Counted from the first letter of the stretch, positions 1 through 10,770 are shown. The stretch is 64,000 bases of DNA from Candidatus Scatovivens sp. (GCA_045646345.1 JAZRKN010000001.1:192001-256000), one strand, 5' to 3'. Notes: generated by a model not told the origin, from the sequence alone. A program made the numbers and translations.

Positions 1-194
1 TCATTTAATCTAACTTTTTCAAAAACAAATTGTCTTAAAAAGTTTTTATCTCTCATACCGGTATAATGACTGATTGATTTATCACTTACTAAATCTGGCG
101 CTATATTTCCTTTAAAAAATTCTTCTTTATTTTCTATCATATGGTTTTCACAATATTTTATTGCTACTGCTAAATGTATATTAAAACTTGGCAT
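1..194 (-). CDS. 5' part of a putative zinc-dependent phospholipase C-like/metal-dependent hydrolase (runs off window edge)
   Basis: Not in ORF track. AGGAGG RBS, ATG at 194; translates MPSFNIHLAVA...FFKGNIAPDLVSDKSISHY, matching the MP..H / G..APD / SH pattern of Zn_dep_PLPC-like proteins. Confidence 0.6.
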   Translation of the reverse strand, partial: MPSFNIHLAVAIKYCENHMIENKEEFFKGNIAPDLVSDKSISHYTGMRDKNFLRQFVFEKVRLN

Positions 195-282
195 TTGTAT
201 TTTTCCTCCTTAAACTTTATTAATTATATCACAATCCAATCGTTTTGTAACAAAAATGATATATTTTTTTACGAATAATATC

Positions 283-311
283 TTGATTCTCTGAATATAA
301 TACTATATAAT
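283..311 (+). promoter_or_regulatory. sigma-A promoter for tRNA-Asn
   Basis: TTGATT-N17-TATAAT about 30 nt upstream of the tRNA. Confidence 0.65.
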
Positions 312-341
312 TCAGTTGTTGTAAAAAACAACATAAAATAT

Positions 342-417
342 TCCTCTTTAGCTCAGTTGGTAGAGCGCTCGGCTGTTAACCGATAGGTCGTTGGTTCGAG
401 TCCAACAAGAGGAGCCA
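342..417 (+). tRNA. tRNA-Asn(GTT)
   Basis: Acceptor TCCTCTT/AAGAGGA, anticodon loop CT-GTT-AA, T-loop GTTCGAGTC, encoded CCA; hairpin AAGTAGATAGTT/AACTATCTACTT follows. Confidence 0.97.
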
Positions 418-573
418 AAAAAGTAGATAGTTTTCCACAACTATCTACTTTTTTATATACTTTTTTCCACATTTTATACTACTATTCTTGATAACTTGCT
501 TATTTCAAGCATTTCAGAACTAGTTTACTTAAAATTCAAAAGAGATTACATCTTGTAATCTCTTTTTTGATTT

Positions 574-1995
574 TTATTTTTTGTTTTTTTCATCAGCTGC
601 TAAAAGAGAATCTATTAATCCACAGCATTCTCTACCTTCACCACAATATCTATCAGTCATACATGTTGGTCCTAATCCTTTTCCAATCAATGGTGCAACT
701 TCAGAAACTTGTTTTGCAATATCTTTTGCAATATATCTAATTTGCCATTGTGCTTTGTTACAGCAACGCATTCTACAAATCCATTGTGTATTTCTAGCAT
801 TCATAGTTGTTACAACATTTAGCATTTGATTTCCTAAATAGAAATATACTAAATCTCCTTCATTCACTCCTAATGATTTAAATTTTTCTACAACCTCTAT
901 ATTTTTCTTTGTCGCTTCTACATAAATATCATTTGCTGCGACTTTTACTGTTTCTGGAATAACAAAATTATTCATATTCCACATTGGAGTAAATTCTGGA
1001 ACTAATAAAGAATGCATTCTATGACGAGTAAGATGAGTTAATATTGATAATGAAATTGGAATTTGGAATGTAAAACTTACTTGTTCTAATTCTCTTCTTT
1101 CTTCTTTATGCATTATTTCATACATCATTTTTTCTTTTGCTTTAGGATCTTTTTTTACCATGTTTGCCAAAATTTCTTTTGCTTCAACTTTTGAACATTG
1201 ATAATGATACATAATTGAACTTTCTAAAACAACATCATCAGCATCTGGTGTATAACTTATCATTTTTGCTTTTTCTGCTATTTTTATTTCAGGTCTTTCT
1301 TCTAAGCTTTCTAAATATTCAAAACCTGTTTTTAAATTATTTTCTTCTGCTTTTAATCCTGCTCTTAAATATGGTATATGTTCTTTTGTAATATCAAATA
1401 ATGCATCACCTAATTCTTTTAAATCTGGTATATTACTTAAATATCCATTTCTTAATGCTATTATCATTTTTTCTAATTCTCTACCATCTAATCCCATTAT
1501 TATATTGCTGTGATATGAGTATGGAAGAATAAATCTTGCATCTTCTACTTTTACTCCACTATCAACAATTTCACCATATGTATTAAATAGATATTTCATA
1601 TGTTTATTATATTCTTCTTTTAATTCTTCATTTTTTTCATGAATTTCTCCATCTTTATTTCTAAATTCTGGAGTATAAAATCCAACTGTTCTAAAGTCAA
1701 CTTCTCTTCTTGATTTTATTGTAAAAGAAGTTAATCTATATCCTATAATTGTTTGCTCAACTATTGGAGTTACATCATTTAATGCAAATAATAAATAGTC
1801 ATGTTCAATAATTGATTTATGTCCCATTTTTGTTATTCTTTTGATTAATTTCAAATTACTTTCATAATCATTACAACTTTCTAAAACTTCTGAAACATTT
1901 CCTGGAAATCTAGACAATTTTCCAGCTGCCGCTACATTACGAATTCTATTTTCTAATTCATCTTTTGTACATCCACCGATCAATTCAATTCTCAT
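574..1995 (-). CDS. thyX: FAD-dependent thymidylate synthase with two tandem ThyX domains
   Basis: GHKSIIEH, EDARFILP, LEQVSFTF, THLTRHR, RCCNKAQWQIR motifs; about twice the usual ThyX length. Confidence 0.85.
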   Translation of the reverse strand: MRIELIGGCTKDELENRIRNVAAAGKLSRFPGNVSEVLESCNDYESNLKLIKRITKMGHKSIIEHDYLLFALNDVTPIVEQTIIGYRLTSFTIKSRREVDFRTVGFYTPEFRNKDGEIHEKNEELKEEYNKHMKYLFNTYGEIVDSGVKVEDARFILPYSYHSNIIMGLDGRELEKMIIALRNGYLSNIPDLKELGDALFDITKEHIPYLRAGLKAEENNLKTGFEYLESLEERPEIKIAEKAKMISYTPDADDVVLESSIMYHYQCSKVEAKEILANMVKKDPKAKEKMMYEIMHKEERRELEQVSFTFQIPISLSILTHLTRHRMHSLLVPEFTPMWNMNNFVIPETVKVAANDIYVEATKKNIEVVEKFKSLGVNEGDLVYFYLGNQMLNVVTTMNARNTQWICRMRCCNKAQWQIRYIAKDIAKQVSEVAPLIGKGLGPTCMTDRYCGEGRECCGLIDSLLAADEKNKK

Positions 1996-2165
1996 CTTAT
2001 TGTTCTCCTATTTTTTTATTTTCATTTTCTTTATATCACATTTATATTTATTGTTCAATAGAGCTTTTGTCTCAAATTTATTTTTTTCTAACATCTAACC
2101 TTTGATATTCCATTGTTTTTTATGCATAAAAAAAGTAGATATGAAAATATCTACTTTCTTAAAAT

Positions 2166-3074
2166 TTATTCATAAATTTTATAACCAAATTCAACTAAAC
2201 CTTCTTCATCATATACTGTTAATTCAAAATAAATTGAATAATCGTATTCATAAGAATATTTTGTATATCCTAAATCTTCTGATCTATAAATATCACTTTC
2301 ATCTTCAGGTTTTCCATAAGCAGCTTCAACCTCAGCTAATGTTGCTCCATTTTTTATTCCACCTGGTAATTCAAAATTAATTGGTGTATCTGAATAAGAA
2401 TTATCAACATTTATTGCCCAAATATCACATTCTGTAATATCTTGTGCTTTATCTCCACGATTTATAAATCCTACGCTAACATCTGCATCTTCAAATTTAT
2501 CGTTCAATAAATCTATTGTGCTATATGTTTTATCATTTTTATTTAAAATATATCCTTCAGCATATCCCATATCTTCTAAATCAATATACCAATCATCTTG
2601 TGTATATGTCTTATAAGCATCATTTAATTTATATTTTTTTCCTTCTACAGCAAATTCACAATCCATCCAATCGTCTGATAACTCTACTGATGAATTAGTT
2701 GTTACAGATATTGGTGTTTTGGTTTCTTCATCATCTTCAACATTATCTTCTTTAACAACTGGTTTTTCTTCTTCAATTTCTTCAACTTCTTCGTCGACAA
2801 CAGGTTCTTCTTCTATTTCTGTTTCAACTTCATATTCGTATTCTTGAGTATCTATTACAGGTTCTTCTTTTGTAGCAGATGGATCAATAATTATATAAAT
2901 TATTAAACCAACTATTATTAAAGCCATAATTCCTATAATAGCAATCAATGGTACTCCACCATTCCCTTTATTAGAACCGTTATTGTTATTATCAACAGGT
3001 CCATTATTAACAGGTCCGTTATTTGTTTGCTCAGTATTTACAACATCGCTTTCAAAATCGTATTCATTGCTCAT
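2166..3074 (-). CDS. Membrane-anchored acidic surface/exported hypothetical protein
   Basis: Asn-rich N-terminus (NNGPV x2), one TM helix, Glu-rich linker, globular C-terminus; AGGAGG RBS. Confidence 0.75.
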   Translation of the reverse strand: MSNEYDFESDVVNTEQTNNGPVNNGPVDNNNNGSNKGNGGVPLIAIIGIMALIIVGLIIYIIIDPSATKEEPVIDTQEYEYEVETEIEEEPVVDEEVEEIEEEKPVVKEDNVEDDEETKTPISVTTNSSVELSDDWMDCEFAVEGKKYKLNDAYKTYTQDDWYIDLEDMGYAEGYILNKNDKTYSTIDLLNDKFEDADVSVGFINRGDKAQDITECDIWAINVDNSYSDTPINFELPGGIKNGATLAEVEAAYGKPEDESDIYRSEDLGYTKYSYEYDYSIYFELTVYDEEGLVEFGYKIYE

Positions 3075-3282
3075 TATATGTTCCTCCTACTTTAATATAA
3101 AATAATTATATTCTATAAAAAATTTAGAGTCAATATATTTAATTTTCTTTTAATTTTACATAACAAATTTCATCTAAACATTATCTAAAAAAACTTTTCT
3201 TTTTTTCGATTTTAGCATTGCAATATTTAAAAATAAGTAATAATATAATCTCGTCAAAAAATTGAAAGGAAGGTAGCGCTCT

Positions 3283-4350
3283 ATGAAAAAGACTCGGAAC
3301 TTATTTCTGTTAGTCGGTTCACCTGCAGTTACACAAAAAGCTCTTGAGGCTATCAACTTTAAAGGTTTGATTACAGTCCCTTACTGGACACCTTGTCAGC
3401 CTGAAGATGTTGAAAAACATTTCAAGAACAATAAAAGTGTTATCTGCTCCCGAGATGATTTCGTTGGCAAAATCCCTAAAAACGCAATCATTATTAATGT
3501 TGTACCAGTAGCTCGTTCTAGCGTTTGTAATGCTAGTAACACAATTTACCTCAAAGATTCTGAGACTATCGCAAATCAGTTCGAAAATATTGCAATCAGT
3601 CTGAATCTAGACATCGGTGACCACAAATCTAACGCATCTGGTTTAGCCGATGGTCCAACCAAAAAGGATTGTGCATATTGCCAATACCTTGATGGAGATG
3701 TTCACAAAAACGAACGCCCCGTTTATCGTAGTGAAAACTTTTTTGTTATTCCTACAATCGGCCAGTTTGTCAATGGTTATTTGCTCATTATTCCAAATGC
3801 GCATATCATGTCCAATGCCGAACTTAACTCTGAGCACCTTGAAGAATTCTATACCGTATTAAATGACATCGAGTTCATTTTAAAACTCACTTACCCTAAT
3901 TTCAAAGAGGTTTTAGTGTGGGAAAACGGTAGTGGTTCTGGAGGAAAAGGAAAAGCAAAAGATTCTGTCGTTCACTCACATGTTCATGTAGCACTTTCAG
4001 ATTTAACTTCACACGATATCAAAGCATTATCTGGTTTTGACTTTGAAGAGATTGAATTAAAAGACCTCGCTCTTTACAAATCTCATTCCTATCTGTTAGT
4101 CAAAAATCCAGACAACGAGAAATGGATTATTAACAACAATCCTGAAGTCTATATCCCTAGACAATATGTAAGACAACTAATTGCCGAGGAATATGGAATC
4201 CAGGGTGAAGCATGGAACTGGAGAACACATCCTTTCGAGGAAAAAATGCATCAAACAGTCGACACAATCATCGCCGCTCTCGAAAAGAACCAATGTATTC
4301 TCTCTGAACGAATTCGAAATAGAACCCGATTTTTATTTGACGCAAATTAA
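3283..4350 (+). CDS. HIT-family nucleotide hydrolase (CwfJ-like C-terminus) with an extra N-terminal domain
   Basis: CAYC Zn motif, GYLLIIP, HSHVH histidine triad, PRQYVRQ...WNWR; opposite strand and visibly less AT-rich than its neighbours. Confidence 0.75.
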   Translation: MKKTRNLFLLVGSPAVTQKALEAINFKGLITVPYWTPCQPEDVEKHFKNNKSVICSRDDFVGKIPKNAIIINVVPVARSSVCNASNTIYLKDSETIANQFENIAISLNLDIGDHKSNASGLADGPTKKDCAYCQYLDGDVHKNERPVYRSENFFVIPTIGQFVNGYLLIIPNAHIMSNAELNSEHLEEFYTVLNDIEFILKLTYPNFKEVLVWENGSGSGGKGKAKDSVVHSHVHVALSDLTSHDIKALSGFDFEEIELKDLALYKSHSYLLVKNPDNEKWIINNNPEVYIPRQYVRQLIAEEYGIQGEAWNWRTHPFEEKMHQTVDTIIAALEKNQCILSERIRNRTRFLFDAN

Positions 4351-4353
4351 CCT

Positions 4354-4405
4354 TGAAACCCCGCTTGCCAAAATCTACGATTGTAGTATAGCATACGGGG
4401 TTTCA
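4354..4405. terminator. Hairpin between convergent genes
   Basis: TGAAACCCCG...CGGGGTTTCA arms enclosing a smaller CTAC/GTAG hairpin. Confidence 0.55.
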
Positions 4406-4411
4406 TCCTTT

Positions 4412-5473
4412 TTATTTATAAATTTCTTTTTTAAAGTTTAATTCTCCAAATTCTTCAGTTGGTATATAACCAGGTTTGGATTTTATAACATCTGGAATTC
4501 TATTTACTATGCTTGCACATGTTAATCCTACAGTATCTGGTTTTTCTACCACAACTGTAGTTGTAGGTTCTCCTTCTATTGTCCAAACATTTTTATCATA
4601 TTCATCTGGACCATAAACTTTTCCTATACATTCTGATTCTATAATAATTCCTTCTTCTGTTTCGGTAGTCACTATTGCACTCATACCAGTTGCATCTCCT
4701 GATTTTATCGTCATGTTTAATGTGCTTGAATATATATCGTCACTATATGTTTGTGGAACACATCTTTGAGTTTGTTTTTTTATAGTTAACCCTAACTTAG
4801 CACAAAGCCAACCATTAACATTCCACATATAAGACGGTGCATATTGACCTTCTTCTATTACTTTCTGTCTTTCTTCATCCGGTATTCTATCTATTGAAGC
4901 GATTTGTTCATCAAACTCTGCTATTGTTAATCCAGATCCATGAGCTTCAGCAAGAGCTAGTCCATAATCTTCAACATTATAACTTGATGAACCTTTTATT
5001 TTACTTATTTTATGAGTTGATCCAGCAACAGATGTTACTAATTGTCCCCAATATATATCTTGATATCCACTTCCAGTTATTGTACAATTATTTCTTTTTG
5101 CAAGTTCGTCGATTTTTTTAGTTAAATTAGGATTAGAATTCATTGGAAAGAATGCTTCTTCGCATGTTGTAATAGCATTTATTCCAAGCTCTGCACAAAG
5201 CATTAATGGATATTCTACCTCAGTAAACAAACTTCTTGTTGTTACAATACAAATATCTGGTTTTGTATTTTCTAAAACCTCTTTTGCATCATTTGCATCA
5301 GAAACTATTATCCCTAAATTTTCTCTTCCCATTATTTCCCCTATATCTTTACCTATCACATCAGGATTAATATCTATAGCTCCTACTATATCAATTCCTT
5401 TCTCTAGCATATATCGCATTGTAAAAAGTGACATTTTTCCAACACCATATTGAACAGCTTTAACTTTTTCCAT
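4412..5473 (-). CDS. 2,4-diaminopentanoate dehydrogenase-like (Ord/DapB-N) NAD(P)-dependent oxidoreductase
   Basis: Rossmann YGVGKM, GINAITTCEE, TITGSG, VNRIPDVI..PG. Confidence 0.75.
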   Translation of the reverse strand: MEKVKAVQYGVGKMSLFTMRYMLEKGIDIVGAIDINPDVIGKDIGEIMGRENLGIIVSDANDAKEVLENTKPDICIVTTRSLFTEVEYPLMLCAELGINAITTCEEAFFPMNSNPNLTKKIDELAKRNNCTITGSGYQDIYWGQLVTSVAGSTHKISKIKGSSSYNVEDYGLALAEAHGSGLTIAEFDEQIASIDRIPDEERQKVIEEGQYAPSYMWNVNGWLCAKLGLTIKKQTQRCVPQTYSDDIYSSTLNMTIKSGDATGMSAIVTTETEEGIIIESECIGKVYGPDEYDKNVWTIEGEPTTTVVVEKPDTVGLTCASIVNRIPDVIKSKPGYIPTEEFGELNFKKEIYK

Positions 5474-5582
5474 AATATTCTCCTTTCATATTTCATCAAA
5501 TTTTATTATAACCAGTGAAAATTTTTTTAAACATAAGCACAAAAAAACAAGAGATTTTTAATCTCTTGTTTTAATTTTTATA

Positions 5583-7988
5583 TTATTTTTGATTTGCTCC
5601 ACTCATTGAAAATTTCTTTAATTTTTCATATGCTAAATAATTAATTGTTCCAAGTGGGAATTTTCCATTTTTATCTTTCTTACCAGCTGGAACTCCAGTT
5701 AATATTTCAATTCCTTCATCTATTGTTGAAACTGCATAAATATGGAATTTTCCTTTCTTAACAGTTTCTATAATTTCATCACTTAAATGTAAATTTCTAA
5801 CATTTTGTTTTGGAATAATTACACCTTGTTCTCCATTAAATCCTCTTAATTTACATGTTTGATAAAATCCTTCAATCTTTTCGTTTACTCCACCGATTGG
5901 TTGAATAAATCCTTTTTGATTAACAGAACCTGTTACTGCAATTGATTGATTTATTGGGATTCCTGATAAACTAGATAAAATAGCATAAGCTTCTGTACTA
6001 GAGGCACTATCTCCATCTACTCCACCATATAATTGTTCAAAACATAAATTTGCTGTTAATGAAAGTGGTATATCTTGAGCAAATTGTTCTCCTAAATAAC
6101 CAGTTAATATCAAAACACCTTTTGAATGAGATGGACCTGACATTTCAATTTCTCTTTCAATATTTACAATTCCTTCTCTTCCCATATATGTGCTTGCAGT
6201 TATTCTTGCTGGTTTTCCAAAAGAATAATCTCCTATTGTCATAACTGTTAATCCATTAACTTGTCCTACTGCAAATCCTTCTGTATCTATTAATATAGCT
6301 TCTTCTTTAATCATTTGAAGATATCTTGTATCATATTTTTTTATTCTATCTATACGTTCATCTAAAGCTTTTTGAATATATTCTTTAGATATTATTTTTT
6401 GTTTTTCTTTTCTAGCCCAAACAGAAGCTTCTCCGATTATTGTTCCTATTTCGCTAAATTGAGTTGATAATTTTTCTTTATCACCTGAAAATTTAGATGT
6501 TACTTCTACAATTTTTGCCATCGCTTCTTTATCTAAGTCCAATAATCCTTCTTGTGCACAAAAACTTCTTACAAACTTACTTAATCTTTCAATATTATCA
6601 GCTGTTTTTGGTGCATCCTCTTCAAATTCCACTTTTATTTTAAACAATTTTCTGAAGTCATCATCCATTGATAAAAGTGTGTGATATATATTTGAACTTC
6701 CTATTAACAAAACTTTAAGCTTAAGTGGAATTGGTTCTGGTTTTAATGAAACTAGTAACATTCCATTTCTTTGTTCCATTGCATTTTCAATAGATAATTC
6801 TTTAATTTTTAATGCTTTCTTTAACGCGTCATAACACATTCCATTAGCCAATAAATCTTTTGCTTGGAAAATTATATATCCACCATTCGCTTGATGTAAT
6901 AAGCCTGGTTTTATCATCATGTAATCTGTTTTTAAAGCACCATATTGATTTTCGTATTCTAGCCCCCCAAATATATTGTAATATGAATAATTTGTATCCA
7001 TTATTACCGGAGCACCTTCTCTTTTGCTATTATCTATAAATAAATTTACTCTATAATTTAACCAAGGTTCTCTTTCAACTCTAGACATTTGTTGTGCATT
7101 TGGTGGTGTATTTGATGCTTTTGGATCTGGATCTGGTGCTAAGAAACAATTAATATTTTTTAATATATCTTTTTTAATACAGTCTAAATATGTTGCAATC
7201 TTTTTATTTCTTTTATAATTCGCTTTTATCGAATTTATATGCACATTAATAGTCATTAAAGCTACATTAGATTGCCATTCATCTATTTTCTTTTCTGCTT
7301 CCTTTTCTATAGCTTTTATTTCAGCAAGAGCTTGAAATATTTGTTCTTGTACTAATGTAGAACGTTCTTCAAATTCTCTTTTTACACTTTCATCTAATTC
7401 TTCAAATTCATCTTCAGCAAGAGTTTTTCCATCTAACACTGGCATCATATATACGCCATTATCTGTAGATCTTACTTGAAACCCTTGTATCATTGTTTTT
7501 TGATTTAATTTTGCCAAAAGAGCTTCTCTTTTTTCTTCAAATTCTTGTTTAATAATTTGTTTTTCTTTTTCAAAATCATCATTATTAAATGTTTTCTTTA
7601 AATCTCTTCTAACATCTTTAACAAAATCTTCCATTGTATTTTTGAAGACTTTACCTTGTCCTACAGGAAATGATACTGCTACAGGTGCATTTGGATTTTC
7701 AAAATTATATATATATACCCAGTCATTTGGTACTTTTTCTTTTTCTGCTTTTTTATCTAAGAACTTTCTTGTGTACATTGTTTTTCCAACACCAGCAGGT
7801 CCTTCAAGATACATATTATAACCTTTTATATCTATATCAGTACCAAATTCAAGAGCTTTCATTCCTCTTTCTTGTCCATATATTAAGTCACTTGTATCTA
7901 CTAATTCTTTTGTTGTTTCAAATTTGAACAAATTAGGATTGCAAACATCTTTTAAATCCTTTACTGACAGTTCATTTCTTTTTCTCAT
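5583..7988 (-). CDS. LonC/Lon-like ATP-dependent protease (S16)
   Basis: GPAGVGKT Walker A, IKPGLLHQANGGY, DGDSAS catalytic Ser, QPIGGVNEK; start moved to ATG 7988 after GGAGG. Confidence 0.9.
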   Translation of the reverse strand: MRKRNELSVKDLKDVCNPNLFKFETTKELVDTSDLIYGQERGMKALEFGTDIDIKGYNMYLEGPAGVGKTMYTRKFLDKKAEKEKVPNDWVYIYNFENPNAPVAVSFPVGQGKVFKNTMEDFVKDVRRDLKKTFNNDDFEKEKQIIKQEFEEKREALLAKLNQKTMIQGFQVRSTDNGVYMMPVLDGKTLAEDEFEELDESVKREFEERSTLVQEQIFQALAEIKAIEKEAEKKIDEWQSNVALMTINVHINSIKANYKRNKKIATYLDCIKKDILKNINCFLAPDPDPKASNTPPNAQQMSRVEREPWLNYRVNLFIDNSKREGAPVIMDTNYSYYNIFGGLEYENQYGALKTDYMMIKPGLLHQANGGYIIFQAKDLLANGMCYDALKKALKIKELSIENAMEQRNGMLLVSLKPEPIPLKLKVLLIGSSNIYHTLLSMDDDFRKLFKIKVEFEEDAPKTADNIERLSKFVRSFCAQEGLLDLDKEAMAKIVEVTSKFSGDKEKLSTQFSEIGTIIGEASVWARKEKQKIISKEYIQKALDERIDRIKKYDTRYLQMIKEEAILIDTEGFAVGQVNGLTVMTIGDYSFGKPARITASTYMGREGIVNIEREIEMSGPSHSKGVLILTGYLGEQFAQDIPLSLTANLCFEQLYGGVDGDSASSTEAYAILSSLSGIPINQSIAVTGSVNQKGFIQPIGGVNEKIEGFYQTCKLRGFNGEQGVIIPKQNVRNLHLSDEIIETVKKGKFHIYAVSTIDEGIEILTGVPAGKKDKNGKFPLGTINYLAYEKLKKFSMSGANQK

Positions 7989-8095
7989 TAGTACATTTCC
8001 TCCGATTATAAACTTATATAGTGATTTTATCTCAAACAAATAAATAATGCAATTATTATTTGTAAAAAATTGCATTAATTTGTTTAAAAATTATT

Positions 8096-8530
8096 CTAAA
8101 TTTTTTTCGTCATAATAATTGCATTATTAGTTCCATTATAATATTTTTTTCTAATTCCAACTTCCTCAAAACCGAACATTTTATAAAGATTTATTGCTGG
8201 TATATTTATTTCATTTACTTCTAAACTAATTGTCTCTTTTTTCGTTTCTTTTGCCATTTCTATTAGTTTATCTAAAAGTAATTTTCCTATACCTTTTTTT
8301 CTTTCCGTTTTTTTTGTTACAATATTAGTAATTTCTACATCATCTGGTAAAATTATTATTCCCGCAAATCCAACAATTTCATCACTTACTTTTGCAACAA
8401 TATATTTAGATAGTTCACTTTCAAGTTCACTTTTTAAAATGCTTGCATTCCAAAATTCATCAAATTCTGTTTGAAGCTTGTCTTTTATGTTTTCAAAATC
8501 ATCCAAAGTCATTTCTTTTATTTCAATCAT
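8096..8530 (-). CDS. rimI: Ribosomal protein S18 alanine N-acetyltransferase
   Basis: LEVNEIN..AINLY..FGF..VGIRKKYY; follows tsaB. Confidence 0.9.
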   Translation of the reverse strand: MIEIKEMTLDDFENIKDKLQTEFDEFWNASILKSELESELSKYIVAKVSDEIVGFAGIIILPDDVEITNIVTKKTERKKGIGKLLLDKLIEMAKETKKETISLEVNEINIPAINLYKMFGFEEVGIRKKYYNGTNNAIIMTKKI

Positions 8531-8537
8531 AACTTTA

Positions 8538-9203
8538 TTATTTTTTTAACCTTTCTGCTTGTGATTTTCTCAAATACACTGGCATTATTGTATCAGCTGT
8601 GCATAATTCATTTTCTAAAAATTTTTTATATCCTATTTTTCCTACATTTTCTGCTGTTTGTTTATTATTTTCTGAAAATTCAACATTTTTTAAATTATTA
8701 ATTAATAATTCTTTATGTAATTCTGCACCATTTCCGACAAAATAAATGTTTTCATATTTTTTCAAAACTTCAATTACTTCATTTATATCATCTGCTATAT
8801 ATTCTTCTTTTTTATTATATTCTATATCAAAAATTCCACAATAAACTTGATTGTTTCTTGCATCAATTAAAGAAACTATTGTATCTTTTCCTTCTGCTAC
8901 TCTTGCTAATGTTTCTAGTGACATTACTGAAGCAATTTTGATTCCAAGAACTTCTGCAATTGGTTTTATAGATGAAACACCTATTCTAATTCCCGTAAAA
9001 GAACCTGGTCCAACACAACACGCAATCAAATCTATATCAGCTGGTTTTAATGAATTTCTTTTTAATAATTCATCTAAAAGTGGCATCAAATTTTCTGAAT
9101 GTGTTTTTCCATCATCTATTTCATTTTTATCTATTAAATTATCATTTTCTAAAATTGCAACAGAGCAAATTGAACTTGAAGTATCTATCGCTAAAATTTT
9201 CAT
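8538..9203 (-). CDS. tsaB: t6A biosynthesis protein TsaB
   Basis: MKILAIDTS, HSENLMP, GPGSFTGIRIG, DARN; start at ATG 9203. Confidence 0.95.
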   Translation of the reverse strand: MKILAIDTSSSICSVAILENDNLIDKNEIDDGKTHSENLMPLLDELLKRNSLKPADIDLIACCVGPGSFTGIRIGVSSIKPIAEVLGIKIASVMSLETLARVAEGKDTIVSLIDARNNQVYCGIFDIEYNKKEEYIADDINEVIEVLKKYENIYFVGNGAELHKELLINNLKNVEFSENNKQTAENVGKIGYKKFLENELCTADTIMPVYLRKSQAERLKK

Positions 9204-9221
9204 AATAATCTTCTCCATATT

Positions 9222-9662
9222 TTAAATATTAAAATCCACAGTACCTATAGTTTCAATATTTATTTCTCTTAAATTTTCATTTTCTAAATTTCTTGAAAAA
9301 TTAACTTTTACATAATTATTTGGAAGAGCATCTTCTATCAATTCTCCCCATTCAATTATACAAGCTCCTTTTTCAAAATATTCATCTCCACCAATTGCAT
9401 AAAATTCATCAATATCTGATAATCTATATACATCAAAATGATAAATATTTAAATTATCTGCATAGTACTCATTAACAATTGTAAATGTTGGGCTAGATAT
9501 TTCATCATCAAGATTAAAATACTTTAAAATCCCTTCTGTTAATTTTGTTTTACCAGAACCTAAATCCCCTGTTAAAACTATAACAATCCCATTTTTTAAT
9601 TGAGCTGCAATTTTTTTACCTAATTCAATTGTTTCATTTTCTGAATTTGATATAATTTTCAT
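9222..9662 (-). CDS. tsaE: t6A biosynthesis ATPase TsaE
   Basis: GDLGSGKT, SPTFTIVNEY, HFDVYR, IEW. Confidence 0.95.
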   Translation of the reverse strand: MKIISNSENETIELGKKIAAQLKNGIVIVLTGDLGSGKTKLTEGILKYFNLDDEISSPTFTIVNEYYADNLNIYHFDVYRLSDIDEFYAIGGDEYFEKGACIIEWGELIEDALPNNYVKVNFSRNLENENLREINIETIGTVDFNI

Positions 9663-9744
9663 TTTTCCTCACTTTTAATTTCATTTAACATAAATATTAT
9701 AGTACAAAACTCGCAATATTTCAAGCATTATGGCAATCAAGACT

Positions 9745-10659
9745 TTATAGTTCTTCCACTACACCTAAAATTATAATTCCAATTATAATTAAAGCAAGTG
9801 ATAAGTATTCTTTTTTAGTTAATTTTTCCTTTAAAAATATTCTTGAAAGTAACATAGAAACAACACAATAAGATGCAACCATTGGAGCTGCTATAATGGC
9901 ATTTCCACTCAACGCATACACGTAGAAAAATTGTCCTGCTGTTTCAAAAATCGCAGCAAGAAAATTATTTTTAATAGTATTTTTTGTTGTTTTTGATTTT
10001 TTTATAATCAAAAATATTAAGCAAACAATAGCTGCAATTAAAAATGTTAATTCATAAGAAACATTAGCAATTAATTCTAAATTCGCTTCAGTAACATTTA
10101 AAAGTGGTGATGTTTCTATGCTTAAATAATATGCATCAAAGAACGTCCCTAAAGAATCTATAATACAATAAAGTATTGGCATAAAGAAAGCAACGAATCC
10201 TATTTTATATTTTCTATCTGCTGGATTTTCACTTGCGTTCGCTTTTCTTTCTATAATACCTAATGCCAACAATCCTACCGCTATAATTGCTATTGCAACA
10301 ACAGATTCTACGCCAATTGTTTCTTTTAAAATCAAGAAACATAAAATAGAAACTATTATACCAGATGTATTTTGGATTGGTGATGAAATTGAAAGCTCTA
10401 AGTATCTTAAACCAAAATATCCAATTGCCATTGATAATATATACATGCTAGATACTGGCAAATACATCACAATATTTTTTAAATCATAATTAATATCATT
10501 AGTAATCAATGTAAAAATTGCATGAGCTCCCATTACAATTCCTACTGCAACAACAGTTTTTAAATGTGTATGTTTTTCTTCTTGATCTGCACTTTTTTTA
10601 TAAAATAAATCTGCAGCTCCCCAAAACAACATAACTAATAATGCAAAAATAAACCACAT
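9745..10659 (-). CDS. EamA/DMT family transporter
   Basis: About 10 TM helices in two repeats, LKE motifs. Confidence 0.8.
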   Translation of the reverse strand: MWFIFALLVMLFWGAADLFYKKSADQEEKHTHLKTVVAVGIVMGAHAIFTLITNDINYDLKNIVMYLPVSSMYILSMAIGYFGLRYLELSISSPIQNTSGIIVSILCFLILKETIGVESVVAIAIIAVGLLALGIIERKANASENPADRKYKIGFVAFFMPILYCIIDSLGTFFDAYYLSIETSPLLNVTEANLELIANVSYELTFLIAAIVCLIFLIIKKSKTTKNTIKNNFLAAIFETAGQFFYVYALSGNAIIAAPMVASYCVVSMLLSRIFLKEKLTKKEYLSLALIIIGIIILGVVEEL

Positions 10660-10770
10660 ATTTCCTCCTTAAATTTTATATTTTATTTATTGCTTATATT
10701 ATATAATTATTTCAGCTATCTATCAACAAAAAATAGTAGTATTAGTTTATAAACTAATACTACTACCATT

